Shown: one piece after another, positions 1 to 7,537 of the stretch | Layout of the letters: the number at the start of each line of letters is the position of its first letter | Position numbering within the stretch: position 1 is the stretch's first letter | Source: Candidatus Sigynarchaeum calidifontis | GTDB lineage: Archaea > Asgardarchaeota > Lokiarchaeia > Sigyniarchaeales > Sigyniarchaeaceae | Reading direction: 5' to 3' | Length of the DNA: 10,228 nucleotides | Assembly (NCBI GenBank): GCA_030587475.2 | Contig: JAUQYZ020000207.1 | Span: 1 to 10,228, forward strand | The notes under the pieces: model-generated | Database searches by the model: none | Seen by the model: only the letters and a program-made list of their open reading frames with translations | Told to the model about the DNA's origin: nothing | Made by a program: the position numbers and the translations under genes

Positions 1-372
1 AACATCACGCACGTGATCGTCTACGACGTGCCGCAATACGCGGAAAACTACATACACCGCATCGGACGTACGGGACGGCTGAACCAAGCCGACGGTACGG
101 TCAAGCGGGGCAAGGCCATCATGATATGCGCCCAGAACGAGCTCATGTCGGTGGCCCGGATCGAGGAGCTCATCCACAAGCAGATCAAGACGATCCGTGC
201 CCCTGGCGTCTCGGAAAATGGTGGCCCCAGCAGCAACAACCCGCAGTTCGGCTGGCAGAGCGCGAGCAACGTGCCGCACTCGATGGGCGACAAGGATTCG
301 GACGCGCAGAGCGACGATGACGACGAGTATTCTGAATATAGTTACATGCCACGCAACCCGTTCCGGTATTGA
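1..372 (+). CDS. DEAD/DEAH-box RNA helicase, C-terminal part (gene begins upstream of the window)
   Basis: The frame is open from base 1: NITHVIVYDVPQYAENYIHRIGRTGR. This matches the end of the helicase C domain, with SF2 motif VI (HRIGRTGR). A low-complexity acidic tail follows; stop TGA at 370-372. Confidence 0.93.
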   Translation, partial: NITHVIVYDVPQYAENYIHRIGRTGRLNQADGTVKRGKAIMICAQNELMSVARIEELIHKQIKTIRAPGVSENGGPSSNNPQFGWQSASNVPHSMGDKDSDAQSDDDDEYSEYSYMPRNPFRY

Positions 373-386
373 GCGCTTCATTAACC

Positions 387-400
387 TTTTTTTGTAATTT
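387..400 (+). terminator. Putative archaeal oligo-T terminator of the helicase gene
   Basis: T7 at 387-393 plus a further TTTT, starting about 15 nt after the stop codon. Confidence 0.5.
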
Positions 401-486
401 TGGGTTGGGTTGGCTATCCAGGTTCGCAAACATAACGGTGACTCGGGTATTTACAATTTTCATCCACTGGGTGGGCATATTTATTA

Positions 487-494
487 CACCAAAC
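487..494. repeat. Left target-site duplication CACCAAAC
   Basis: An identical 8-mer lies at 2650-2657. Each copy directly abuts a TIR, and 8-bp duplications are typical of IS66. Confidence 0.93.
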
Positions 495-535
495 GTATTA
501 ATTAAGTCCGTAGATCCAATAAATCTACTAGATCC
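495..535 (+). repeat. IS terminal inverted repeat (end downstream of the transposase)
   Basis: GTATTAATTAAGTCCGTAGATCCAATAAATCTACTAGATCC versus the reverse complement of 2609-2649, GTATGAACTAAGTCCTTCGATCCAATAAATTTACTAGGTCC; 6 mismatches. Confidence 0.92.
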
Positions 536-654
536 CTTCTCTTTATAAACATGCGCTTGTTTTTTTCGTTCGATGGCAAGATGGGAGCAAGCGAAGCCGG
601 TTGGATAGCCATCAGAATGGTGATCACGAGATGCTGTTCGCTATCGAATCAAAG

Positions 655-681
655 CACGTTCCCGCACGTCCGGGGAACGTG
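655..681 (-). terminator. Hairpin downstream of the transposase stop, possible terminator or 3' stabilising structure
   Basis: Perfect 9-bp stem CACGTTCCC (655-663) / GGGAACGTG (673-681), 15 nt past the stop codon, followed on the minus strand by CTTT. Confidence 0.45.
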
Positions 682-696
682 ACCGGGAGAAAGAAG

Positions 697-2568
697 TCAC
701 GCGGACACCTTGGCCGCCGCGTCAGGCAGCCGGGGAGGGATCGGTGGCGGGATCTTCAGAAAGGTCAGAATGCCATCCACGTCATTCTCGTGCAACAAGC
801 GAAGTATAACGTCAAACGGGATCTCGTGCTTGAGCCCCGTGTGGTACAAGGACAGCAGCATGGCATATATCTCGAACACCTCTGGATTGACGAAGTTTAC
901 CGAGATCTTGCGCTGGACCACGAAGGGGCGGATATCACGCTCGGCCCGGTTGTTGTCTGGCGGGATGCCAGGGTGATCCAGGTACGTGAAGAGCTTGGAG
1001 GCGAATTTCTCCATGCGCTTGAGCAAGCGTTCGATGTCGGGGCTGGCCGCACCATCGGCACGGATCTTGCTGATGAGGACTCTCATGCGATGTACTGCCG
1101 CTCTCCTGGAGATGCGCTTGTCCATTGGCGTCTTCCAGCCCATGTCGCCATCCTTCCACGCCGCGCCGAAAAAGTCCCGGAGCCACTGCACCTGCTTGAT
1201 GGCTTTTGCTTGCTGTTCCACGTCCGCGGCAAGCTTGGCGCGCTCCTCCTCGGAAAGGGGCGCGGGCTGCTTTGGTGGCCTGCCACGACGTGGTGCTGCC
1301 GGTTCGCTCCCCGCGTCATCATCCACGGTTGTTGCAGCAGCTCTGCAATCCCCGGCCAGCTTTTTCTCCGCGCCCTCGCGGCAGTCGATGGCCTTGCATT
1401 CCAGCACCTTCAAGTCCTGCACCAGGTGTGCCAAGCACTTCTGCTGCTCGGCATCCAGCCGGTTGTAGGCGCTCCAGAAATCCGCGATCAAGATGCCCTT
1501 GTACCCATCGAAAATCGCCTCGACGGTCTCGTGCCCGTGGCTCTCCGATGCCAAGTACAAGATGACATGGCCCGTGACGATAACCCATAACCAGTGATTC
1601 TTGCCATCCATCGGCACGCCGGTCTCGTCCACGCATGTGAACGATGTATCCTTGATCGCGGCACGAAATGCCTCGAACACCCGCCGCACCTGCGGCTCCC
1701 ACCGCTCCATCCAGTTGATGAACGTGACTATCGTCGGGATGATCTCCGGATTCTTCCCTGCAAAAAACCGGATGGGTTTCCTCCGAATGCCATCCCACGT
1801 GCCGCGGCGATCAAGCCGGTCCTCCATTACCAGCGAGATCAAACCGATGCCATAATGCAGCCGAGCGAGGCGCCCGAAATCCTTCGCCACGATCTGATGA
1901 CACCCGGGACAGCGATACCGGTAGATCACGTGTCGAACGCATTCCAATAACATCCCGTTTTCAAGCTTCACGACATCGATGATGAGGTGATGCCACTTCC
2001 CGACATGCCGGGTGCCTTCCAGCGACCTCCCGCAACGAGGACATCGATCTAGCCGCCATTCCACTTCCCGGTCGATCTTTTTAGGTGCCTTGAATCCCCC
2101 GCCATTTTTTCCCTTCGGTTTGCCGGTTCGCTTGTTCTTGGGTGGAATCTCGCCTTCAAATGAATCAGATGCTTGATTCGCTGCGACAAGCTTGGATTGG
2201 CGTCGCTTTCGGGCCGCCATCCGAATCCTCTTGTTTTCCTCGTGGTATCCATCAAGATTTTCCGCTTTTTTCTGCCCACGCGTCTTGAGTTTCAAGACCT
2301 CGGCCTTCAAACGAGCGTTCTCTTCCTCCAGCGCGGCCATGCGGGACGCGTTAGGTTCGATCTCTGGCGTCTTATTGCCTTCTGCGCTTCCCTCGAGACG
2401 ACGCGACATGGCAAGGGCACATCCAGGCAATCGAGCATTTATAGGAGAGGGCGTGATACTATCCTCGCTTGATGCCTTTTGTCGAGACCGCCTTTTTCCC
2501 TTTCTCACGACAATGGTGAAAACAAGAGCGATCATCATCGCGACAGGAAACAAGACCACGGGATGCAC
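697..2568 (-). CDS. tnpC: IS66-family DDE transposase (TnpC-like)
   Basis: Coiled coil (LEEENARLKAEVLKLK), zinc finger (CPRCG...YRCPGCH), and IS66 motifs VDETG, WLWV, ILIADFWSAY, QKCLAH and PPDNNRAERDIR. Confidence 0.93.
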   Translation of the reverse strand: MHPVVLFPVAMMIALVFTIVVRKGKRRSRQKASSEDSITPSPINARLPGCALAMSRRLEGSAEGNKTPEIEPNASRMAALEEENARLKAEVLKLKTRGQKKAENLDGYHEENKRIRMAARKRRQSKLVAANQASDSFEGEIPPKNKRTGKPKGKNGGGFKAPKKIDREVEWRLDRCPRCGRSLEGTRHVGKWHHLIIDVVKLENGMLLECVRHVIYRYRCPGCHQIVAKDFGRLARLHYGIGLISLVMEDRLDRRGTWDGIRRKPIRFFAGKNPEIIPTIVTFINWMERWEPQVRRVFEAFRAAIKDTSFTCVDETGVPMDGKNHWLWVIVTGHVILYLASESHGHETVEAIFDGYKGILIADFWSAYNRLDAEQQKCLAHLVQDLKVLECKAIDCREGAEKKLAGDCRAAATTVDDDAGSEPAAPRRGRPPKQPAPLSEEERAKLAADVEQQAKAIKQVQWLRDFFGAAWKDGDMGWKTPMDKRISRRAAVHRMRVLISKIRADGAASPDIERLLKRMEKFASKLFTYLDHPGIPPDNNRAERDIRPFVVQRKISVNFVNPEVFEIYAMLLSLYHTGLKHEIPFDVILRLLHENDVDGILTFLKIPPPIPPRLPDAAAKVSA

Positions 2569-2591
2569 GTGATCGTATCACGGCGTGATGG

Positions 2592-2603
2592 ATATAAACT
2601 TCA
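2592..2603 (-). promoter_or_regulatory. Putative BRE/TATA promoter of the transposase (leaderless spacing)
   Basis: Minus strand TGAAG-TTTATAT just inside the TIR. The TATA ends 24 nt before the GTG at 2568. Confidence 0.6.
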
Positions 2604-2608
2604 AGACC

Positions 2609-2649
2609 GGACCTAGTAAATTTATTGGATCGAAGGACTTAGTTCATAC
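2609..2649 (-). repeat. IS terminal inverted repeat (end upstream of the transposase)
   Basis: Partner of 495-535; begins 5'-GTAT on the minus strand. Confidence 0.92.
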
Positions 2650-2657
2650 CACCAAAC
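2650..2657. repeat. Right target-site duplication CACCAAAC
   Basis: Identical to 487-494. Confidence 0.93.
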
Positions 2658-2735
2658 ATCTAAATATGGATTGTAATCGTGAATGCCTTTCTTTTATCCC
2701 CAACATCATCTTTTTTACCAAACTTCATTGTTCAG

Positions 2736-2756
2736 TTTATATATATAACAAGGTGA
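2736..2756 (+). promoter_or_regulatory. TATA-like box and possible SD (GGTGA) upstream of the membrane protein gene
   Basis: TTTATATATATAA at 2736-2748, GGTGA at 2752-2756, ATG at 2763. Confidence 0.55.
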
Positions 2757-2762
2757 AAATCG

Positions 2763-3197
2763 ATGGAAAAACCGGATCTACTCAAGCTTCTCCCCGCGAT
2801 CCTGGGATTCGCGGGGCTTGCAATCCCAGCCTTCAGTGCTAGATACCCGGTCGTATTCTGGGTATTCGGGGGTTATGCCAGCGATAGCGGTTTCGATATG
2901 ATCAATTTTGCTAGTGCCGGTCTGCTGGAAGATAACCCCAAACTCCTCTTGATTCTCGTCAGTGCCATCTTGCTCGCCGTCGGTGCCGTCTTGGCGCTGC
3001 TATCGGGGCTCGGCGTGCTCAAGATGGGGAAGGTGGCTTGGCTCCCTGGCGTGTTGATGATCGCCGCTTTGCCGCTGTACATGATTGGTACCTGGGAAAC
3101 CGAGATCTTGGAAGCCGCCCCTATCGTTGTCAACCTGATCTGCGGCGCGGTGGGCGGTGTCTGGTCGATCGTGAACGCGGTCAAAGCGAATAAATAG
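2763..3197 (+). CDS. Hypothetical integral membrane protein (about 4 hydrophobic segments)
   Basis: 144 aa with hydrophobic stretches LLPAILGFAGLAIPAF, LLLILVSAILLAVGAVLALLSGLGVL, WLPGVLMIAALPLYMIG and IVVNLICGAVGGVWSIV. TATA upstream and T7 tract at 3244-3250 downstream. Confidence 0.85.
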   Translation: MEKPDLLKLLPAILGFAGLAIPAFSARYPVVFWVFGGYASDSGFDMINFASAGLLEDNPKLLLILVSAILLAVGAVLALLSGLGVLKMGKVAWLPGVLMIAALPLYMIGTWETEILEAAPIVVNLICGAVGGVWSIVNAVKANK

Positions 3198-3254
3198 ACA
3201 CGAACACGTCACTAAATGCCATGACTTGCTCTTTATTCTTCCCTTTTTTTCTCG

Positions 3255-3849
3255 TCACGTGCATGCTGGCGTCGCGTGGCCGATGGCCAGGAGGGCGGCG
3301 TCGAGGCTGGCCCTCGCCGCAGGCTTGAAATACGTGTACGGGCATACAGCGGCGTTGTTCTCCTTTATCATGAAGTGGATGTGGGCACCGTCAGCCTCGT
3401 GTAGCAGCGTGCCGAGCAGCGCACCGGCGGCGACCCGCGTGCACGCCTTGACAGCGATGGCTTGCTCTTGCAAGCGCGCCGCCGGCTCGCCAGTCGCCCA
3501 AGACTCGAAGGCGATCTCCAGCATCCAGGTGAACCTCATCGAGCCACGCACGTTGGTCTGCCAGTGGCCGCCTTTCTCGTTGTACCAGCACTTCACTACG
3601 AACACGAACACGTCGCACGGCGCGACGATGCGCGTCGAGACGTTGATGAAGAAATCGAAACCATTGTGACCTGAGCTATTGAACCCTTGGAACTGGATGA
3701 ACGTGCCGAAGTCCTCGAGCGGTAACCGGATTGACGGTGCTTGCCCGGGGGGCCAGCGGGAACACAGCGAACGCGAAGATGGCGAGCGTGCTCCCCGCGG
3801 CGATGCCGATGGCGGGGAAAGCACCCGCGATCTTGGTCGATTTTTTCAT
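3255..3849 (-). pseudogene. M23-family metallopeptidase-like gene with N-terminal signal/anchor, split by a one-base frameshift
   Basis: The downstream frame has the M23 zinc motifs HNGFD (HxxxD) and HIHF (HxH), plus IVAPCD and a terminal CPYTY. The upstream frame from ATG 3849 is MKKSTKIAGAFPAIGIAAGSTLAIFAFAVFPL. Removing one base, e.g. from the G6 run at 3747-3752, joins them. Confidence 0.75.
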
Positions 3850-4023
3850 GCACGTCACGCTCGCTTGCCTATCAATGATGATCTCCCGGCTGCTCTAATA
3901 CTTCACGATGGCAATCCATTTCTGCTTCATTTCCAGCGTGGAACTGGTGCTGCTCTTCGAAGGAACGAGCTTGTTGTTCTGGCCTCGACTTTCTTGCTTT
4001 TTAGCTGGCCACAAGCACCGCGC

Positions 4024-6006
4024 TCAGAATTCATTGCCGAGCCTGGATAAATAGCGGACTTGGATGCCTTCGAGCTTGTCACCGAGGAACACGATCTCGC
4101 GGAACGCTCCGTATTCCCGCTTCTCTTCTTGACGGCGGATGCCGAGGGATGGTGTCTGGAGGACGAACGGCCGGTTGTCTTGCACGAAGGAGGGGGGCTC
4201 GTTGTCCGTGAAGTCGTCCCAGGTAATCTCGAGGAGGCGCTTCTTCAAGATCTCGTCCATCGCAAGCGGGGCTAGCTCGTCTTCCTTCGCCTTGAAACCG
4301 AAGCGAAACTCCCGCTGGAGGTGCGTGTGGCCGCAAAGCGCCGTCATGCGATGTTTATAGAGTAATTTCAAGATCTGGTCTCGATTTTTCGAGATCGTGC
4401 CTATCCCGAAGTCGAGGTCGTGGACGACGTTCATGTCGGTGCGTCCGTGGGCTTTCAGGCTGGCTACCTTGTAATATTCCGGCGGTGCGTGTTTCTTGCC
4501 GCGTAGAATGCCCTGGACAGATTTCCACAATGCCCCCTTGAGCGCGGGATTCAAGATGGGCGAGTGCAAGACGAGGAAGCTCGTCGAGCCGTCATGACAC
4601 GATGTACACGATTCCAGCACGCGGCGGGTGAACGTGAGCTGCGTGTCCTTCAAGCCAACGCAGCCAGGATTGGCCATGAGCAGGCTCTTGATGTTGAGAA
4701 AGCTGTCGGCCCCCGAGTTGAGCATGATGAAAAGGCGATTGCCGAGCTTGACGAAATAGTCATCGAACGGGTTAATGTGCTGGTAATAGGGCTTCAAGCA
4801 ATACTTGTCGATGACGAGGGCCTTCTCCGCGGATAGCTTGACGGGATCCTTGTACAACATGGCCTCGAAGCGGGTGAGGCCGAAGTACTTGTAATAGCCC
4901 ATGGCCGTGAGAGGATAACCGTGCACGCGAACGTCGTGATTGCCGGGGAGTGTAAAGACGGGCACCGCGATCTCCTCGTGACGCACGATCTTCGTGGGTT
5001 CGCAGCCGTGCCGGTACGCGATGGGAAGGTTAAGCAAGATACGAAGAAAAATATCCCAATTCGTGTCGCCAAGCGAATAGCTGGTTTTCTGGACGGATTC
5101 CTTCAAGCAATAATCGATGATGTCGCCCGTGATCAGCACGAGATCGAGATGTTCGCGCGCTGCTGCTTGGTTCGCCCAGATGATGAACTGCCGCAGCTTG
5201 TTGTTGGGGTTCTGGAAACGCCGGTTGAGCGGGTTGAACCGGCTGTATTCTGTTTCCTGGAAGATTTCTTCTTGTACTTTCTGCTTGCTTGCCTTGCGCC
5301 TGGTTTTTCCCTTGAAGAAGTCAGCGACCCGAGTCATGTCGAGGATGTCGCCGAACGGGCCGATGAACCCCGAGAGGTTGTCCAGCACCTCGTCCCAACG
5401 CCGGGCGACATGGAGGTCCGTGATGTGAGCCACGTGGAACGACTTGTAGTCCTTGTTGCGCAGCACGACGGCGTGATAACACGATCGCTCGCGTTCTGGG
5501 GTGCCACCTTGGAACGCTTGCACGAGATCGAACATGAGGAACGCGTGGTTCCGCAGCCACTCGCGGCACTCTGCCGGCGCTTGCGAGAAGTCGATGCTGG
5601 CGGTCGCGTGGAACAAGGCGCGGCTCTTGCCGAAAAAATCGTGGCGGAGCAAGTAACTCTGTCGATCTTGCCGGTTCTGGTACAAGCTCGACAGGGGGGA
5701 CGTGCCGAGCAACAAGCAAGGGGTGTTCTGCACGGGGGCGAGTTGTATCGGTACGGGCGTACCGCGCCGGAGCCGGCGCGTGCCGGGCACGGTCCCGAAG
5801 AGCGGCACGGCGGAAAGCTTGCTCGCGAGCCGCTCGTGCACCTGCGCGGCGCTCATCTGCCGTGGACCGATGATGTTAACCGTGAATCGATATACATCCT
5901 TGGAATCCGGTTCCTTGGCCTCCTGATCGAGAAATGCCGGGATACCAAGATTTGGCGAGATGATCGCGGGCTCCGTGTCGGGAATATCGGGAATGTCGGG
6001 AAACAT
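4024..6006 (-). CDS. Large calcineurin-like metallophosphoesterase with uncharacterised N-terminal region
   Basis: All five motifs in order: HITDLH, TGDIID, PGNHD, VLHSP and CGHTH. ATG 6006 (MFPDIPDIPD) is preferred over the upstream GTG at 6033. Confidence 0.88.
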   Translation of the reverse strand: MFPDIPDIPDTEPAIISPNLGIPAFLDQEAKEPDSKDVYRFTVNIIGPRQMSAAQVHERLASKLSAVPLFGTVPGTRRLRRGTPVPIQLAPVQNTPCLLLGTSPLSSLYQNRQDRQSYLLRHDFFGKSRALFHATASIDFSQAPAECREWLRNHAFLMFDLVQAFQGGTPERERSCYHAVVLRNKDYKSFHVAHITDLHVARRWDEVLDNLSGFIGPFGDILDMTRVADFFKGKTRRKASKQKVQEEIFQETEYSRFNPLNRRFQNPNNKLRQFIIWANQAAAREHLDLVLITGDIIDYCLKESVQKTSYSLGDTNWDIFLRILLNLPIAYRHGCEPTKIVRHEEIAVPVFTLPGNHDVRVHGYPLTAMGYYKYFGLTRFEAMLYKDPVKLSAEKALVIDKYCLKPYYQHINPFDDYFVKLGNRLFIMLNSGADSFLNIKSLLMANPGCVGLKDTQLTFTRRVLESCTSCHDGSTSFLVLHSPILNPALKGALWKSVQGILRGKKHAPPEYYKVASLKAHGRTDMNVVHDLDFGIGTISKNRDQILKLLYKHRMTALCGHTHLQREFRFGFKAKEDELAPLAMDEILKKRLLEITWDDFTDNEPPSFVQDNRPFVLQTPSLGIRRQEEKREYGAFREIVFLGDKLEGIQVRYLSRLGNEF

Positions 6007-6078
6007 GCGCGTGGTCACGCGTGTTAATTGCACGTAAGAATACCAGCAGCATTCGAGAAAAGGATTGGTGGCAGATTT

Positions 6079-6351
6079 CTAAAAGTGAAATTCCGTCCCG
6101 ACGACGCCTTGCACGTGCGCGGCGCTCCCGAGCATCTTCGCGTTGAACAGCAGCCCCGTGCAATGCATGCCACACACGATCGCCGGTTCGAAGTTTTTCA
6201 AGGCCTGGATCGTGCGTTCGATGTCAGCGTCCTTCTTGATCTCCTCGTGGAACCCGCCGATCACGGCGTGCACCCGGTCGATGCCCGCGAGTTTCTGCCC
6301 GTGGCAGATGGTGTTCACGATCCCGGCGTGGCCACACCCCGTGAGCACGGC
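6079..6351 (-). pseudogene. 3' fragment of an MBL-fold metallo-hydrolase (MJ0448 / dihydropteroate-synthase-like group)
   Basis: VLTGCGHAGIVN, VIGGFH, MHCTG and VGTEFHF match the C-terminal third of this family. The N-terminal HxHxDH motif is absent, and the sequence turns AT-rich just upstream of ~6351. Confidence 0.8.
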
Positions 6352-6731
6352 TTCTATACCGAGAAGCTGGGGATTATATCCTGAATCAGCCCATATCTGT
6401 ATCTCCACCCATGATGATATATCAAGAATTCAATTCCATCTATGAATATTTTCGTGCGATCATCATCGAGAACCACATCGATATGCTCATTCACGACGTG
6501 TTTTTTTTCAAAAATTTTTCATCCCTATCCATTAATGAATACAAAAATCTCGATTCCTCATTCCTATAATCTATACTTCGCACTAATAATCGAATCGGAT
6601 TTCACATACTATTCAAAATCTCAAGGAAAAGATAGCGGCGAGCTCGTCGATGCGAGCTTGTATTTCGGGAGGTAAAGAACCCATCTTTTAAATGCTCTCT
6701 CTGTCTGTTCATCATAAGATATAATCATATG

Positions 6732-6828
6732 CTCTTTCTTTAATATCAAGTTCGTCAATCTCTTGAAAGCAACATTCACGTTGTCGCCGTTTTTTCGCAC
6801 TTGTTTCTATAATGTCGATGGTGTCGAG
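6732..6828 (-). pseudogene. Relic of a second small GTPase (G5 motif and helix 5 only), frameshifted
   Basis: Removing one base from the T6 run at 6790-6795 gives LDTIDIIETSAKNGDNVNVAFKRLTNLILKKE. This is 19/27 identical to IDMIETCAKSGDNVNKAFMTLTKSILK of the adjacent intact GTPase. Confidence 0.85.
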
Positions 6829-6982
6829 GGCACTATCATTTTTTTCCGATAATAGATAGTAAGAACAAGTGATATCGAGCATTGCTATCGATTTGGTAAT
6901 CTCAAGAAATATTCTCTCTCCATGTAAGGTTATTATGCGCTTGTGAAATAGTAAATGATTATACGCTAGCATATCAGAAGTT

Positions 6983-7510
6983 ATGATGCCCATGCCGCAA
7001 AAGTACAAACTCAAGGTGGTAATCATCGGCGAACACGCTGCTGGAAAGACAAGTCTCATCAAATCTTTCGTCGAGGGAAAGTTTACGGCGGATTACCGCC
7101 CCACGATCGGAACGAACATCTTCATCAAAAAACTTGAATTCGAAAACGGCGACGAGGCGACCCTAACGGCGTGGGACGTGGCGGGCCAGGAGAGGTGGGT
7201 GAGTATGAGGCCGCTCTATTACAAAGGATCGTCTGGCGCTATAATCGTAGGTGATCTCACGCGCAAATCGACGTTCGACCAAATACTCAAGTTCTGGGCT
7301 CCAGATTTGAAAAAACACGCGGGCGAGACCATTCCTATACTCCTGATTGCCAACAAGAGCGATCTCGAGCGAGAAGCCACGCTTGCCGATGTCCAGGATT
7401 GCGCGAAGCAGATCGGCGCAATTGACATGATCGAAACGTGCGCCAAGAGCGGCGATAACGTCAACAAAGCCTTCATGACTCTCACCAAGTCGATTCTCAA
7501 GATGAAATGA
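6983..7510 (+). CDS. Rab-like small GTPase (Ras superfamily, Asgard type)
   Basis: G1 GEHAAGKTS, G2 YRPTIG, G3 WDVAGQE, G4 NKSD, G5 ETCAK, and a RabF4-like YYKGS. There is no C-terminal tail or Cys prenylation motif. The start could be 6983, 6986 or 6992. Confidence 0.95.
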   Translation: MMPMPQKYKLKVVIIGEHAAGKTSLIKSFVEGKFTADYRPTIGTNIFIKKLEFENGDEATLTAWDVAGQERWVSMRPLYYKGSSGAIIVGDLTRKSTFDQILKFWAPDLKKHAGETIPILLIANKSDLEREATLADVQDCAKQIGAIDMIETCAKSGDNVNKAFMTLTKSILKMK

Positions 7511-7537
7511 CGCATCTGCCCGTTTCTATGCAGACTT

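Larger units (their letters stand above)
495..2649 (-). mobile_element. Complete IS66-family insertion sequence, single-ORF (ISBst12-like organisation), 2155 bp
   Basis: TIRs at 495-535 and 2609-2649 (35/41 identical by manual alignment), an 8-bp TSD, one uninterrupted TnpC-type DDE transposase, and no tnpA/tnpB-like ORFs. Confidence 0.93.

Noticed and set aside
411-611. 10-bp inverted match between flank (TGGCTATCCA, 411-420) and IS non-coding end (TGGATAGCCA, 602-611), considered as a guide-target pairing
   Set aside because: It lies about 70 bp from the insertion site, is short enough to arise by chance, and I know of no RNA guidance in IS66. It would matter only if it recurred near other copies.
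601-1590. 329-aa plus-strand ORF
   Set aside because: Antisense shadow of the IS66 transposase; no recognisable motifs.
3226-4050. Plus-strand ORFs 3226-3669 and 3679-4050
   Set aside because: Antisense to the M23-like gene, with no motifs.
4921-6027. 368-aa plus-strand ORF
   Set aside because: Antisense shadow of the metallophosphoesterase, expected with GC-rich codon usage.
6352-6408. ATG 6408 as the native start of the MBL-fold protein
   Set aside because: These codons lie beyond the composition breakpoint and show no family similarity.
6712-7062. 116-aa minus-strand ORF as a real gene
   Set aside because: Its start overlaps the GTPase gene in antisense; only the short GTPase-relic segment is meaningful.
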